From assembly GCA_030704615.1 (NCBI GenBank), contig CM060731.1:2480001-2544000 (forward strand): DNA of 64,000 nucleotides, given 5' to 3'. Of this stretch, positions 1 through 12,750 are shown one piece after another (within the stretch, counting starts at the first letter, position 1; each line of letters starts with the position of its first letter). This stretch comes from Takakia lepidozioides. Its lineage: Eukaryota > Plantae > Bryophyta. Both the position numbers and the translations under genes were made by a program. The notes beneath the pieces were generated by a model. That model was not told the origin of the DNA. It ran no database searches and was given only the letters and a program-made list of their open reading frames with translations.

Positions 1-82
1 TCTTGATTCTATTTAGGCAAGATTCCCTGCATTAATTCCACGGTCATAGGACCATCCACGGTTATAGGCGGCGCATGTTAAT

Positions 83-270
83 GCTGACGTGGCAGTTGAC
101 GGACAGTGCCACGTCATCATTTACCGCCACATCAGCATGCTGACATGACGCTCACGCCACGTCAGCATGTGTGCAGGCTCACGCCACGTCAGCTGGCGTG
201 AGCGTACGCTCACGCCGCGTCACTCCTGCGTGAGCGTACGCTCGCGCGCTACGTGCAACGCTCACGCCAT
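83..270. repeat. Cluster of GCCACGTCAGC / CTCACGCC motifs with palindromes (probable transposon subterminal repeats)
   Basis: Motifs repeated in both orientations; perfect 22-bp palindrome GGCGTGAGCGTACGCTCACGCC at 195-216. Confidence 0.6.
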
Positions 271-287
271 TGCGTCGTTGATTTGAT

Positions 288-1133
288 TTGCATCCTTGTC
301 CTCCATTTGCTGTTTGGCTCCCTCAAGGTGTACGGGATCATCTCTCAATTCAATCAAATGGGCTTGATCCTACAACACGTGAGGAATTACTGGATCTTTC
401 AAGGCCTCCATCATTTACTGCCCTGTCATTCAAGAGTATGACAACGTATGGTAACCATTACAGGGTTACATCCCCCGGCATGAACACAACAAGTATGGTG
501 TCTTTTGATTGTGGAGTCTCATCTGTTTTCCAGCACCAGCCCATTACCAACAATTCAGGCAATGACATGGAGGAACCTACAAGATATGTGGGTCTTATAA
601 GGGAGATTTTGCAAATTGACTATGGCCAAACACAGCCTATAGTGTTTTTGTGTTCGTGCGTACGGGCGAGTCGCGTGGGTCGTCAACCTATGTCAATGAA
701 GCAGGATGATGCTGGCTTCACACTTGTCAATTTTAACCGTATGCTTCCACCTTCTGAGCAACCTTTTGTGTTTCCTGGCCAGGTTGATCAAGTGTTTTTT
801 TCTGATTGTGTGAAGGAGCCGGGGTGGAAAGTCGTCCTAGAGAAGAGCCCCCGAGCACGTAGAGTGGTCTGCGACATATCAATTGATAATGATGATGTGG
901 CGGAAGTGGAAGGATTGTTAGCCCCACAAAGACTAGAGGAGACTGTGGTTACTGATGGCCCAACATGCAGCCGAGCGGTACCGGTTACTCCAGAGCAGGT
1001 GGCCTCCTTGTACCTCCGAGCACCCCGTATACGTGGTGATGATGTTCAGCCAACCCTTGGAGAAGATGAAGTCTGTGATGAAGACAGTGATACATGTAGT
1101 GACCCAGACATAGATGAGGATGATGAAGATTAG
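288..1133 (+). pseudogene. C-terminal part of a CACTA transposase (TnpD/TNP2, DUF4216-like domain)
   Basis: Motifs YGNHYRV, YVGLIREILQIDY, DDAGFTLVNF, EQPFVFPGQVDQVFF and GWKVVL match the DUF4216-type C-terminus. There is an acidic tail and no N-terminal catalytic region in frame. Confidence 0.8.
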
Positions 1134-3964
1134 ATATGCGCGATTTGTGCACTCCAGTTATAGACCATGCATGATAGTTTAAGGTGGTAACACTCCCTTC
1201 GCATTCCCATTAAGATATCATGCTTGGACACTGGATTTTATGATCAATTATGGAGTGCTTTCCTTTCAGCACCCTTTATTCATTTGTTGTTGCAATTGGC
1301 TTTGGACCAACCCGTGCTGGTACCATTGCCATGGGTTCTGCCTGCAATGTTTTCTTGCCATGGATTCGGCACACGCCACGAAAGGCCTTCCAGACCATCC
1401 TCTGGAAATGCTCCAATGTTGTTTCAAACATCTCCACATTGCAATGGATACAACACTGACATTAGATGAGTGAAAGTGAGACTAGACCTCTAGCCAGCCG
1501 GCTTTCCCACATCAAATTGAAGGGGATCTATAGATTATAGATAACGGCTGTTGCCTTCTCAATGTCTTTTTCCAATGACCTCTGCAATGAACTGGGGTAT
1601 AAGATCCTTCAAATCACAAGTTTGAGCATCACGCACAAGCCACGTACGGGGATAGAGTTTCCAATGCGAACCATTGGTCTTTTATTGATAGCATTGTTGT
1701 AAAATACATGGACCAACATGGTCAATTTCGGGAATGACATATAGTACGCTTTCATGTACTATGTAAGCATGCAACTATGTACCAGTGACGTGGCTTGTTC
1801 GCCACTTAACCTGTTTGCCCATTCAGCCAGCTCCACATTGTCATGGATTTTGCATGCTGGATTGTGAGGCCATCCACACCGTCCTCTGGAAATGCTATCA
1901 TGGGGTTTCAGCTATGTCCACATTTCCCTGGATTATGCCTGCACGAAGCAAGGCCAACTGCATTCAACACCCTCCACTTTATTATAGTATTGCAGCAACA
2001 TTCAAAGCACTTCAATTTGTATCCATCGAAAACATACAGGCTGAAAAAAGACATTGTTGTAGCAGAACTTAGGAAAGTACTTCTCCCCTTCCACTACACA
2101 CGTGAAATGAAAGAAGCCAACCAACAGCATACCAGCCAAGAAAATATGAAACCAGCCAAGAAAAGAGCCAATATATGCAGTGAAGGTCGACACTAAATGA
2201 AACTTATCCAACACTTACATTAGAGGAGGGAAGCTAAGTCTTACCTCCATAAGCTTGCCCACATCAAATTTGGGAGCTTTCAGAATTTCTCCTATCCGGT
2301 TGAATGAACTTGGCTACAAGATCCTTCAAATCGCAAGTTTGAGCTTCACACACAATGAACTTGCAGGGATTGAGCTTCCAATGCGAACCAGGAGTCTTAT
2401 ATTGATAGCATTGTTGTAAAACACATGGACCAACAATGACAGTCTCTGGAATGACATATAGTACAGTAATGACATATAGTACAGCATGCCGCTTCCAGTT
2501 GACCATCTACCCATGTAGGTTTCTTGTACCTATCCTTCCACAGGGAATCATAGGTAATGTGGAGCTTGAAATCCAGCCCTCTTGGATGAATGTGGACCCA
2601 CACTCTATCCCTGCTCCTTCAGCTATCCATGCCTCTGACAGCCTACAATTCTACCAGCAAACACCCCAACCATACTGGTGTGGAGTTCTTCCCCAAAACA
2701 CCCCAACCCTACTTATCACAATCTGAAATGCATCTGCTTCTCTCTGTAGTCCAACATGCATTCGCCTTTTTGTCTCCATTGTCCCACCATTGGGGTCGGA
2801 AAGTGTTCACCCCAAAGCTTCTCCTCACCTCTATTATATGTTTTTGGATACTTCCCTGCTGCCACACTGGCAGTAACTTGCCAAAGTCACTCCAAACCAC
2901 CACAGATGTACCCAACGACCTAACTTACAGAATTCAATATGCATCTTGCACGAGTCTGATGAGAGGGCAACACAGGCTGAAATAGGTTGAAGAAGAAGGT
3001 GCCCTACCACATTGTCCTTGACCTGTCCTGACCCATGGAGGATTTGACCGATGACCTCTTGTGTGTGCTGCTTGTGTCTGTAGTCAGGTAATGTCGGATT
3101 GGTCTGTCAGATCGAACCACTATGGCGTAGATGAGTAGTCAGAGATTGAAACACGCTTGCTAAGACCAAGCTGACTCTCCCAAGAACGGCGAGCTCGCTT
3201 GTCCTCGTCTCGTCTCCTCCTCCTCTTCTCCTTCGAGCATCATTTGCTCAACGCCTCCATCCCACGCCCCTGCATATCCTGCTATCATCGCGTTCCATCC
3301 CTCAGCTATGTGGTGTGGCGCAAGAGACAAAAAGACGCCAAGTCCCAGCCCTCCTTTCTGTTCACCATTACACTAATGGGCAACCTTATTAGCAATTTTT
3401 TTAACTTTTTTAAACCTAATGGCCAACCTTATTTGCATTATATGTGCCTTCAAAATGACACGTGTAGTGATGTTGTCGTATAAATAGAGCTCTGAAACCA
3501 TCTTTAGTCATGGAGTCATAAGATTCCATGAAACGTCGTCCACGTGTAGTCAAACATATCACACTAGTCATATAAACCATCCCTGTCATCATGGTCAACA
3601 ATGTTTGACCAATGCTCCCTAACTTTCCGGAGTCATGTAGTGATATCCATTACTACAAAGTCATAAAACTAAAACAATAATGCATTTCAGGGCTCTGTAG
3701 TCATGTACCTAGTGCAGTTTTTATGACTCCGCCAAACCCGTAGTCCTAAAAACACTCATCTCTTGTAGTGTGGTCTCCCCCATAGTTAAGAATTGGGCTG
3801 AAAACCTGAAAAGATTACCTGCAGGGAAGTAATCCCCTTTGTTAAAACGCAACAGGAGGCAATTCCGACTTTTCTGCTGGATCAGCTAGCTCAAAACCGT
3901 TGTTCTTCAGAGCCCAGCCTCCCCATCAAGGTCCCACGAAACGAGTGAATTTTTTTTTTACTTT

Positions 3965-4110
3965 TTTTGAAAACATCACTCATATATTAAGTCGAGCCAA
4001 GTGCACCCCACGCCATGGGGAATCCACACTACGGCGCCATAGCTAGACGAGGTGAGGCTCAACTTGAGAAAGATGAGCCCACCGCGATCTACCGTGAAGA
4101 TAACAACGCC
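3965..4110 (-). repeat. Dispersed repeat, inverted homolog of ~57200-57380
   Basis: AAGTCGAGCCAAGTGCACCCCACGCCATGGGGAATCCAC...GGCTCAACTTGAGAAAGATGAGC...CGTGAAGATAA is the approximate reverse complement of 57201-57360. Confidence 0.6.
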
Positions 4111-7100
4111 AGGTGCCCAAACATATATTGGCCCCTAGATTGACACTTGGGTCAATCCCAAATATCAATATATCAAAACCAACTATTTCCTAGCTAGTTT
4201 CACAGTAGTGGTAAAATAACTTCACACCCTGGCATGGCCTCTACAAACTTTTTATTACAAGCTTTGTGACCAAGGTGAGAACTTGACCTTATGGACCAAG
4301 AATGACCTACCTATTGGTTCAGCCAGATCTAAGAATCACAAAAGTCAGCTGTTTAATTGGCATAGGCCTTACATTCGCTGTAATTGTGGGTCTAGAAATG
4401 CATCATCTAGTTGTGCTACAAGTGTTTCTTGGTTTGACCATATGGTATGGTATATGTTGAATAACCTGACGGTTTTCTTCCCTGATGATACATACCCTTC
4501 AATTCAAACCAAGTATTATAATTTTCTGGTTTGGATCATGAAGGCTGCCAGATCTACCGTACTGGCACAAATCACCTTCCAGATGATCCGGGAATTCATC
4601 ATGGAGGCAGCCTGTGAATTTGCAGCTGACCCCAATGCTAAGTTGTTTGTCAGATTGGGTGACTCCAAGACGGCCAGATACATTGAAAAGATGTTGAAAC
4701 CTGCCTAAGCCTCAGTTCAGTAACTACAAGCGGCAACGTATGGAGGGGCAGATGCCTCACCAACAAGGTAAAACATATGCTTCTCGAGGAAGAGGTACCT
4801 CGGTACGTGGGAGAGGCCTCTACCAAAGGGGTGGACACTCTGGCCGGATGCAATCTTCTGCCAACACATCTGAAAATACCAGACCACCCAGGGTTCTACA
4901 CCTAGCGGATTGGGGTCTAATTCTACTATCACTATCAACATTGCCAGTTAAGAGTCATACAAGACCCGGAGAGGCTCTGAGGGGTATTCCCCGATCCGCA
5001 AACGAGATTTCGGATCTTGGAAGGATGTCTGATTTGGTATGCTCCTCTCATTTACTTGTACGTATCTTTTTGAGAATACTTCTGGATATATGCAGGCTGA
5101 AACCCACATCCATGGTAGTTAATTATCTACTCATGACAAAGTGGCTTAATCCTTTATATGTCAAGCAAATACCAGGGTATGAAGTGGGTTTGTCCCGTGT
5201 TCTCTTTTCCCTGTTTTCTGATCCATGACACCCAATTGTTGGTCCTTGAACATGGAAAGGCGAGGAAGTAGGCCGAATGGATAAGATCCCACCATCCCAC
5301 CCATACCTTTGATGTAATCAAAACAAGGACTTACACTTAGCCTTGTTGCTCCTTTGGATTCTTAAGGGTTCTTTACAATTCAAACCCTTACAGGTGTTGA
5401 ATCCTGCTGGTATTTTACTCTATGGTTCATGACAAGGACTGACCTGTTTACACCCTTGTTAATACTGGTTCTGGTTTTTCTTATAATGTTCTGATGGATG
5501 GTGCCACTGAAAAGTGGCTGAATTGTCTCTTCTTCTTTTTGACAAAGACCCTAGTGGTCTTGTCCTTGTCTTGACATGACAAAAGTATCTTCCCTTTGTC
5601 CCATCAGGATGTGGAGAGAGAAGGAGAGAGGGAGAGAGAGGGGGAGATGAGGGGAAAAAAAAAAAAGACATGCACTGATATTTTGCGGAACCAGATTCCA
5701 GTATGGTTTTTTTCAATGCTGATAGCTTGTGCCATGGTGTGGGGTGATTAGACTATAGGGACACAGGGATATCAATACCTGATGCCTCAACCTTCTATAG
5801 TCATTCTGATGCCAGTACAAAATGACAATGGCATGTCTGGCTACTGTATTTTTTGAAGTTCCTAGATGTTATGAAAGACATCTTTTTCCTGCTATGGTGT
5901 AAATGTCTGAAATGTTATGTTAGGAGCTATGTTGTGCATCTGCAAACAGTTGTAGAGGATTTAGGGCAGCCTGGAAACATTTAACAGTATTATAAGGCCC
6001 CGATTCAGAACTTTCAGTATAGTTTTTTCTTAACCATTATTTGTTGCAAGAGCTTAAGGTACTGAGCAGACTTGGAAAATGAAGCATCAGTACCTGGTGC
6101 CTACAACTTTTCAAAAGCTACATTGTATACCAGTTTAAACTATTACTGGCATCTGGATTCTGCAAATCTGAGGTACCTTAGACCCTTCTCTTATTTTTTA
6201 GAAGTGCAGCTCATGTGTTTCTAATATTTTCTTTAACACAGTGATATGGTGAAAAACCATACTATACACCTGTGTATTTGATCTTATGAGGCAATTGTTA
6301 TGATGTAACTTTGCTTTGGGCCATGGTACTTAAAGCCAATCTGAAAACATAAAGCACCAATACCTGATCAATGCTTGTACATTTCAGACCAGTATGATAT
6401 CCAACTGGCTTACTAAGCACACTCCTCCTTCACACTATCTCTCATGCCTCTCCCTTCCTAGCTCAACTGCTCCATCACACCATACCTCCGCGCTTGTATC
6501 ATTCTAAACCAAGTAGCTCCCTGGTCTTGGCCTAATGAGAGGGTGGAAACTACGAGGAAGAGAAGCTAAAGCAATGCCTAACCCCAGCATGCCCTCATCC
6601 CAACACTCTTCCTCTCCTCTCTTCCCTCACTTGCATGACCATGGGAATATCATGAAGATACTCCTCGAACCGCCCTCCACGAGCTTCAAAATTCGGCCTT
6701 CAAGACCACATGCCAGTCCTTAGGCAGTCCACCAGTGCCTCCACGAGTCAGCACAAGCCGTCCACAGGTCAACACGGGCCACCACAGACAAGAGTCAGTC
6801 CGGGTTTGGGCTGGGGTGTCCTTGCAGGAACAACACCGTGGAGTTGTTTTTGGTGTGGGGGAGTTGTCGTTCTGATTTCTTGTGTTTGGATCCCCTCCAT
6901 ACCTGCATGCTTGACTGTGCGTCATGTTAGTTTTGTGTGGGGCGTTGTTTATAGGTGATTGGACCGGATTTTATCACCGGCCAGTCCTAGAACATGTTGT
7001 CGATGGTGAGGCTGGGGTGATGACCAATCAGACCATCATTGTTTCTCCTGTGGTGAGGTTGGAGGTGATGACCAGCCAACCATAGGAGTGCTTGCGGTGG

Positions 7101-7241
7101 ATGCAGGTGCAGGTGTAGGCTATGTTAGGAACCTAGTATTCCAAACCATAAGCCGCAACAGGTTCTCTACCCGGTTACCTTGTGGAGAGGGGGTTATGGA
7201 CATGTTCATGACCGGTTGAGTGACAGTTTGTCAACACGGAG

Positions 7242-8835
7242 GTGCCACTAGTTGCTAGGGAGAGTGCCAGTTCGAGCACAACGATACTAGTGGATACACG
7301 AGACGAGGTGTGCGGTTTAGGCCACCTTCACCTCCAGTGTCTTCTACGGAAGGTTTTGATTCGGATTGTGAATCAGGAGGACTCACACCGGCGGTGCAAG
7401 TTGTTTCCTTGCCATTGTTGTGGGACACAATGGAGGAGATGTATGGAGCTACCAAGGCCACGAAGGTACTCTGGGGCGGTGGGCACCATCGAGTTGGATG
7501 ATTTTATCCAAGAGTTTGATAGTTGGTGTGATTTGCAGCAAATGCGCAATCCACAACTATTTACGCCTTTCATGCCATGGAAGGGGCTGTTTCAGCACCT
7601 TGAGGGGCCGCCTATGGATGATTACCATGAGTTCAGGTGGGGGCATGAGGTTGAGATCAAGGAGTGGAGGATGTATAGGTCACCTGACTATGTCTCCATC
7701 ACTAGGGGCACTAGAGCCACGAGGGCAGTGGCTACACCTGCCGCTGCACCGGCAGCTTCAACAAGCAGCAGTGGGACTAGTGGGACTGGTGGTACCGTAG
7801 CTACGACGTCCACCCAAGCCACTACCGCACCAGCACCAGTACCCGTGCCTGCCTTCAACTCTGTTGTGGAGTTCTTCGAAGAGTTAAGATGGAACTACCA
7901 AGGGGTGAGGACAGAGAAGTTGCGGAGCTTGCAAGAGTTCCAACGGAAGCCTACTGAGAGCTTGAGGGAGGCTTTCACTCGCATGAGGCGCTTGATAAAT
8001 GTAACCCAAGGGGTTACGGAAGCTCAGGCAGTCCAATTCTGGTACGAGATATTGGACAAGGAGTTGAGGAGAAGGGTGCGGGATGCAACTCTCATACAAG
8101 CGGCCCAACCCACCTTAGCAAATGTGTTTTTGCTGGCAGAGCGGATAGAGCTCAACATGGTGGAGGAACAAGTGGTCATGGTGGGATTTGCTAAGGAGAC
8201 ACCATGGGGTAGTGGTGCTCCTAGCCAACCACTACCTCAACGTGCTCAAGGCAACAAGGGGGCTCAAGTGAAGCTCAGGGAAGGACAGAGAGGACCTCAG
8301 ATGCAGGGGTCTCTCCCTTCATTTGCAGGCCAACAACAGGCGGAGGTGGTGTGCTGGACCTGTGGAGGACCCCATGTCAAGAAGGATTGCCCTGAGGGAG
8401 GCGAAGCTAGGGCCGGCACATGCACAGCCTGCACAGTTGCAGTGTGGGCATTGTGGCAAGCACGGGCATGGAGAGGCTTAGTGTTATGGTTTGCATCCTG
8501 AGTTGCGCCCATGCCAGTTCCAAGGGAACAATGGTGGCCGGGGGCAAGGTGGGGCACCCCAGAGAGGACGAGGTGGCCAGGCACGAGGTGTAGGCCAAGG
8601 GCAAGCTCAACATGGCCAAGGATGCGGAGGTCAGGGTGTTGACCAAGGCATGGCCAACCGACTTCAGCAGCTAGAGCAAAGGCTCGCTGCCATGGCTACA
8701 ACTCAGGTGGTACCGGCTCCAAGGCCGGATGGTCCACCTCTTGCTCCTGAGGGAGGAGATATGGGAGGCATGAGATTCATGTGCGGAGCAGCACTACCAC
8801 TAGTGCAGGTGGAGTCTGCTGCAGCCGTGACTTGA
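7242..8835 (+). pseudogene. gag of family A copy 1 (capsid, 2 zinc knuckles, GRGG-rich region), frameshifted
   Basis: RYSGAVGTIELDDFIQEFDSW; QEFQRKPTESLREAFTRM (capsid MHR-like); CWTCGGPHVKKDC and CGHCGKHGHGEA*C; collinear with 61377-63000. Confidence 0.8.
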
Positions 8836-10029
8836 GGAGCAACACGAGTTCCTGAGCCACGAGGTGCAGAGGTGGAGTTGGATCCACAGCGTGAGGAGGC
8901 AAACCGTCAAGCTAGGCTTCATCAGTCATTCACATTGGCGGAGACAGTGTCGACGCCATCCATGGCACCTAGTTCTCGCCCGACTGTTACCGAGGCGGAG
9001 GTTACTATGCCATTGGGGAGAGCTACATTTGCCAAGGCTACGGCAGCTAGTGTGCTGCTGGGAGTGGCCACATCTGTATGCCAGGCTCCATTGTTCTCGA
9101 CTACCATGCTGAGGCGTTCAAGCTGGCAGCTACACTCTGTGAGAGTGGGGAGGTTACTTCATCTTCTGCTGAGATAGTGGGAGGTGTAGTGCCGGAGGGA
9201 TCCTCGGATTTGAGGGTCAAGACTGCCATGGCGGCACCATGGCAAGCTGCAGCTGCCAGGTTGATGGAGCTGCAGTTATGCCAGCCATTGAGCACGCCAT
9301 GGTGACACCTGGAGTTGTCATGTTAGACAACCAGGATGACATTTTCTATTTGAGTGGACCGGCAGACAAGAGGTAGGCTTGGGCCTCACGGAGGCGGATA
9401 TGGAGCCTTGTCCTTTCCAAATACAGACGTCTCTGGGAGGATTGGAGCAGGCTTGGGGCATGACACGGCATGAGTTGGCTATCAGACTACGGCCGGATCA
9501 CCCTACAGATGGCTCAGTGATGCGAGCCAAGGCTTTTGTAATAGACGCGGTCTTGTACGATGTCCTGGTTGGTGGGGCAGTGTTGTACCCCATGGGCTTC
9601 ACCCTAGATTTTTGGGAGGAGTCAGCTTCCTATAGGCCTAGATGGCAGTCAGGGGAGGGCCGGCATGTGCAGCTCCCTGTGACGTTCATAGGAGGAATTG
9701 CGGTTGCCTAGTGGGGCAAGATGCTGACACTAGCAGCATTCACAGCTGTAGTGAGTTGGCTTGGAGAGTTGCTTGAGGGCAACGCTTGTTCAGAGGATGT
9801 ATCACCTCCGGGAGAGCAGAATGACATGTATGGTATGGCGGAGTTGCCTGCCATGGTTGCTCATACTCCATTGTGGAGCTCGAGCAAAGATTTGCAGCGG
9901 GTTGCTGATTGTTGTGTGCAACAAGCTTGGGTAGAGGCTTTTGTACCATCAGGAGAGGAGGACAGTGCGGGGATTGCACCAAGACCACCTCAGTTGTTAC
10001 CATTGGACACCACACCAATCGTGTGACAA

Positions 10030-11020
10030 TGTCCGGATGAAGGCATTAGCCTTCTGGACTTGTTTGGCGGGATCAGCACCGGATTGGCTGTTGTGCTACA
10101 GGCAGATGTACGGGTACAATGTTACTTATATGTGGAGAAGGATGAGACGCACGACGCATCTCACTACGCCATGTTGCTCAGTTGGTGCGGCAGTACCCTG
10201 AGTTGTTGCCGGTGATGCTGTCTGCAGTTCGTGGATATCAGCAGGCCGGGCCAGCAGACAATTCGTTGGGGGGGCACAAGATTTGGAGCAGGTTGGCTCA
10301 TTGATTTGGTAGTGACAGGTTGGCCCTGGCCAAGGGATTCATCAGCCGGGCATGGCAATGGATTGCGATCTTGAGGGTCGGGTCTGTTTTGGGAAGATGG
10401 TGAGGGTTTGTGCGCCACTTGCAGCTTCATCAAGCTGTATCTCCAGCATACATCTTGGAGAATATGCCACTGATGGGCGATTCTCGGGCCAGGGTGATGG
10501 CCAGTATGCATCAAGTCCGGTCGTGGCTTGGGTCAGCAGTGTTGGCTGGATGCAGCTGCAGTAGGGTCCACGGCTCATAGTCCACGGCTATGGTGGACTA
10601 ACTTGATGCTACCCGCACTACGCAAGCGTGCATTTGATGGGGTGCAGCGCCCAGCACGCCTCATAGTTGATAGCATTTTGGACAAAGGGAGGCAGTCTCA
10701 GCGTGTGAGACACGATGACCGTTTGCCTTTGGCAGTGGTCAACAGGGTGGGTCAACCATGAGCAACATGACCTACACTGCTCAGCTTCCCCAGGATCGCA
10801 TGCTTTCCGGGATAGTGGACCTGGCCTCATGTGGATGCTCAGTTGCAGCAGTTAGTGGAGCTAATGCTGACAAGCGTGAGCGGGGCGATGGGTTTTACCA
10901 CTGGTAACACGGCGGTGTCGTCTCTTTCTGAGGCATCACGTCGTCAGGTGTTGGGGCAAGCAATGGATCTCAATTGCTTGACTTGTATTATCAGTTTGGC
11001 TATGGCTGAGCAATGCAGAG
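10030..11020 (+). pseudogene. Retrotransposon-encoded C5 DNA cytosine methyltransferase domain (frameshifted)
   Basis: Motifs in canonical order: I LLDLFGGISTG (10051-10083); II YVEKD (10129-10143); IV IDLVVTGWP[C]QG (10300-10336, needs one G removed); V SGLFWE; VI YILENMP (10449-10469); VIII LDAAAVGSTAHSPRLWWTNL (~10545-10605); IX KRE..AMGF (~10872-10897); X SEASRRQVLGQAMDL (~10927-10971). Confidence 0.88.
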
Positions 11021-11254
11021 TGCGGAGTACACTTCCCTCAATGGTTCTTCTGCCTACCGAGACGGTACAGGCAGTGAGTGGGGGCGAGCATGTGAGGACC
11101 ACGGGGTGCAGGCATCCATGGCACACGTAGGAGGTGCTCGAGGTTCAGAGGGAGTTGGCAGCCAAGGTGGCGAGTGAGATGAGGGTTGGGGATTCCTCGA
11201 GGATGAGATGATGGGGCAAGATGAGGCCTTGTCATTGACTGAGCAGGTAGGGCC

Positions 11255-11360
11255 ATGGATGTGACTGCAGGGCGTGTTATTCTAAGGGTTCGAGAGGTTG
11301 TGCCCTCAGGAGTCCTGATTTTGGCGGGTCGGGATGGCATGACTTGGAAGGATCATGTGT
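11255..11360 (+). pseudogene. Probable integrase C-terminal (SH3-like) remnant of family A
   Basis: MDVTAGRVILRVREVVPSGVLILAGRDGMTWKDHV resembles the post-core integrase segment of green-lineage Gypsy elements (recognised from memory, not searched). Confidence 0.55.
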
Positions 11361-11759
11361 GTTTGCACACTCAGTGGCAAGTCAAGCCTCAAACTCCTTC
11401 CTGAGTTCCTCTTTCAAGGCTGTCAATTGGGTAATTGGAACATGGGATTTGACATAAGTCCCCAACAAATTAAGTGTCCTGCCTATGGAACTCATCAGCA
11501 TTGCCTGTTGAGGGTCATCATGGTTAGGTTGCTACTGTTCCTCCTGATCTTCAACAGTATGATGTCTCACTAACCATTCAGGCCATTGTCCCACCGGATT
11601 TCTTCCTGAACTACTTCATCATCACCGGTGCTACAGTGTCATGACCTTCCGCCTGTGGTACCTCCGACACAGGTGTGTGTCTATATGCACCTCAGGATTT
11701 CCCTTGGGCAACTGTTGCACCTCTGGGATTTCTGTCTCCTTGACCAGACCAGAATATTC

Positions 11760-12750
11760 ATAGAGAAGGTCCCCTTTCTCTATTCTGCCCTCTCTGTTCT
11801 GTAGTTGGAATATCTATCCCTTCACTTTCCAAATCAATTATTTCGGTTGAGCCTGCATGGATAACTTGTGACCTTGTGACAAGTCGTTCAAGTGGCTGTG
11901 ATGGTTGTGATGCAGAAGTAAATTCCTCCTCCCTCTCTGAAGGTCCTACTTCCAGTAATAGCATTTGTCTGTGCTGCTGTGCCCCTTCCTGGCCATGAGC
12001 TTGGGAAACATTATCAGCGAATCCGTGAAGCCAGTGGATCCGCCACTACAGTCTTTCCCCTTCTCTGCCTCTTAGTCTCGGGTTGTGCTGCTAGTCCACC
12101 CTCACTGTGTGAAGAGCCTTGCTCTTCTTCCATTGCAGTTGTTTCTGGCTCAAAACACTCCCATTTCCTTCCTTTCTTGTGCATTAAGTATGCCAGAATC
12201 AAGGATTATTGAGCAATGATTGGGCCAGACACTATGATAGGAGACTTTGCGGTAGTACCTTGTAATATTTCATCTCCTCTACCAGTGCGTTGTACATTAT
12301 GTCCGCCCATTGTACCTCTTGTCCCTTCAGGCCTTTGAGTATTTCCTCTGTGAAGGATCTGCTCAAATATTGTTGGTTCTGTTTCAGGGCAATCAGAACG
12401 TTCAATACCTGGCCTATCTCTTTTAACCCTGGGTACACAGCTTTGGTACAAGCATAACCCTGAGTTTTAAGAAAACTCCCTTCTTGGAATAAGTCCCCTA
12501 TTTGCAGTCTTGCCCTGTGTTCCTCCACATGCCCTGACCTGCTGGCAATCGAAACAATTGCTGGAGGTATAGGGGAGTAATCATTAATTAAACTCCCTTC
12601 ACGTGTTGTTCATGTCCTTGGCTCAAAGTTCTGCAAAAATGTAATGTACATTACTGTCTATGGTGTAGTGTCCAATCTAGGCTTTGCAATCCTTCCAATC
12701 CAGCTCCTCCAGTCATCTTTATCGCCTGTGGGGTAGCCATCGTTGTGTTT
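11760..12750 (-). pseudogene. Accessory ORF in the 3' region of element C (downstream of pol, same strand), degenerate
   Basis: Fragments 12232-12528, 12014-12202 and 11758-11964; motif LKGQEVQWADIMYNALVEEM resembles extra ORFs of Athila/Tat/Ogre-type elements. Confidence 0.5.

Larger units (their letters stand above)
1..3770 (+). mobile_element. CACTA/En-Spm DNA transposon, 3' part (left end outside the window or deleted)
   Basis: TCTTGTAGTG at 3761-3770 is the reverse complement of the CACTACAAGA terminal inverted repeat. A subterminal cluster of (G)TAGTCA(T)/ATGACT motifs lies at ~3500-3750, with a transposase-like ORF upstream. The left boundary is uncertain. Confidence 0.75.
6790..11360 (+). 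mobile_element. Family A Ty3/Gypsy-like retrotransposon, copy 1 (decayed, internally deleted), carrying a C5-cytosine methyltransferase domain
   Basis: Leader shared with copies at 28.5, 30.7 and 61.0 kb; Gag with two CCHC knuckles; protease C-terminal part; MTase motifs; integrase C-terminal-like segment. Boundaries approximate. Confidence 0.8.

Noticed and set aside
4283-5228. ORFs of 141 and 162 aa as genes
   Set aside because: No recognisable domain or convincing splice structure.
7155-7180. PBS of family A after CAACA (GGTTCTCTACCCGG; GGTGCGCACCCG in copy 3)
   Set aside because: No TGG start, differs between copies, and no tRNA could be assigned, so LTR ends are left undefined.
10030-11020. 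Bacterial restriction-modification contamination or a host DRM/DNMT3 gene
   Set aside because: Intronless, collinear with Gag-PR, flanked by plant TEs, with no host-type N-terminal domains or partner nuclease.
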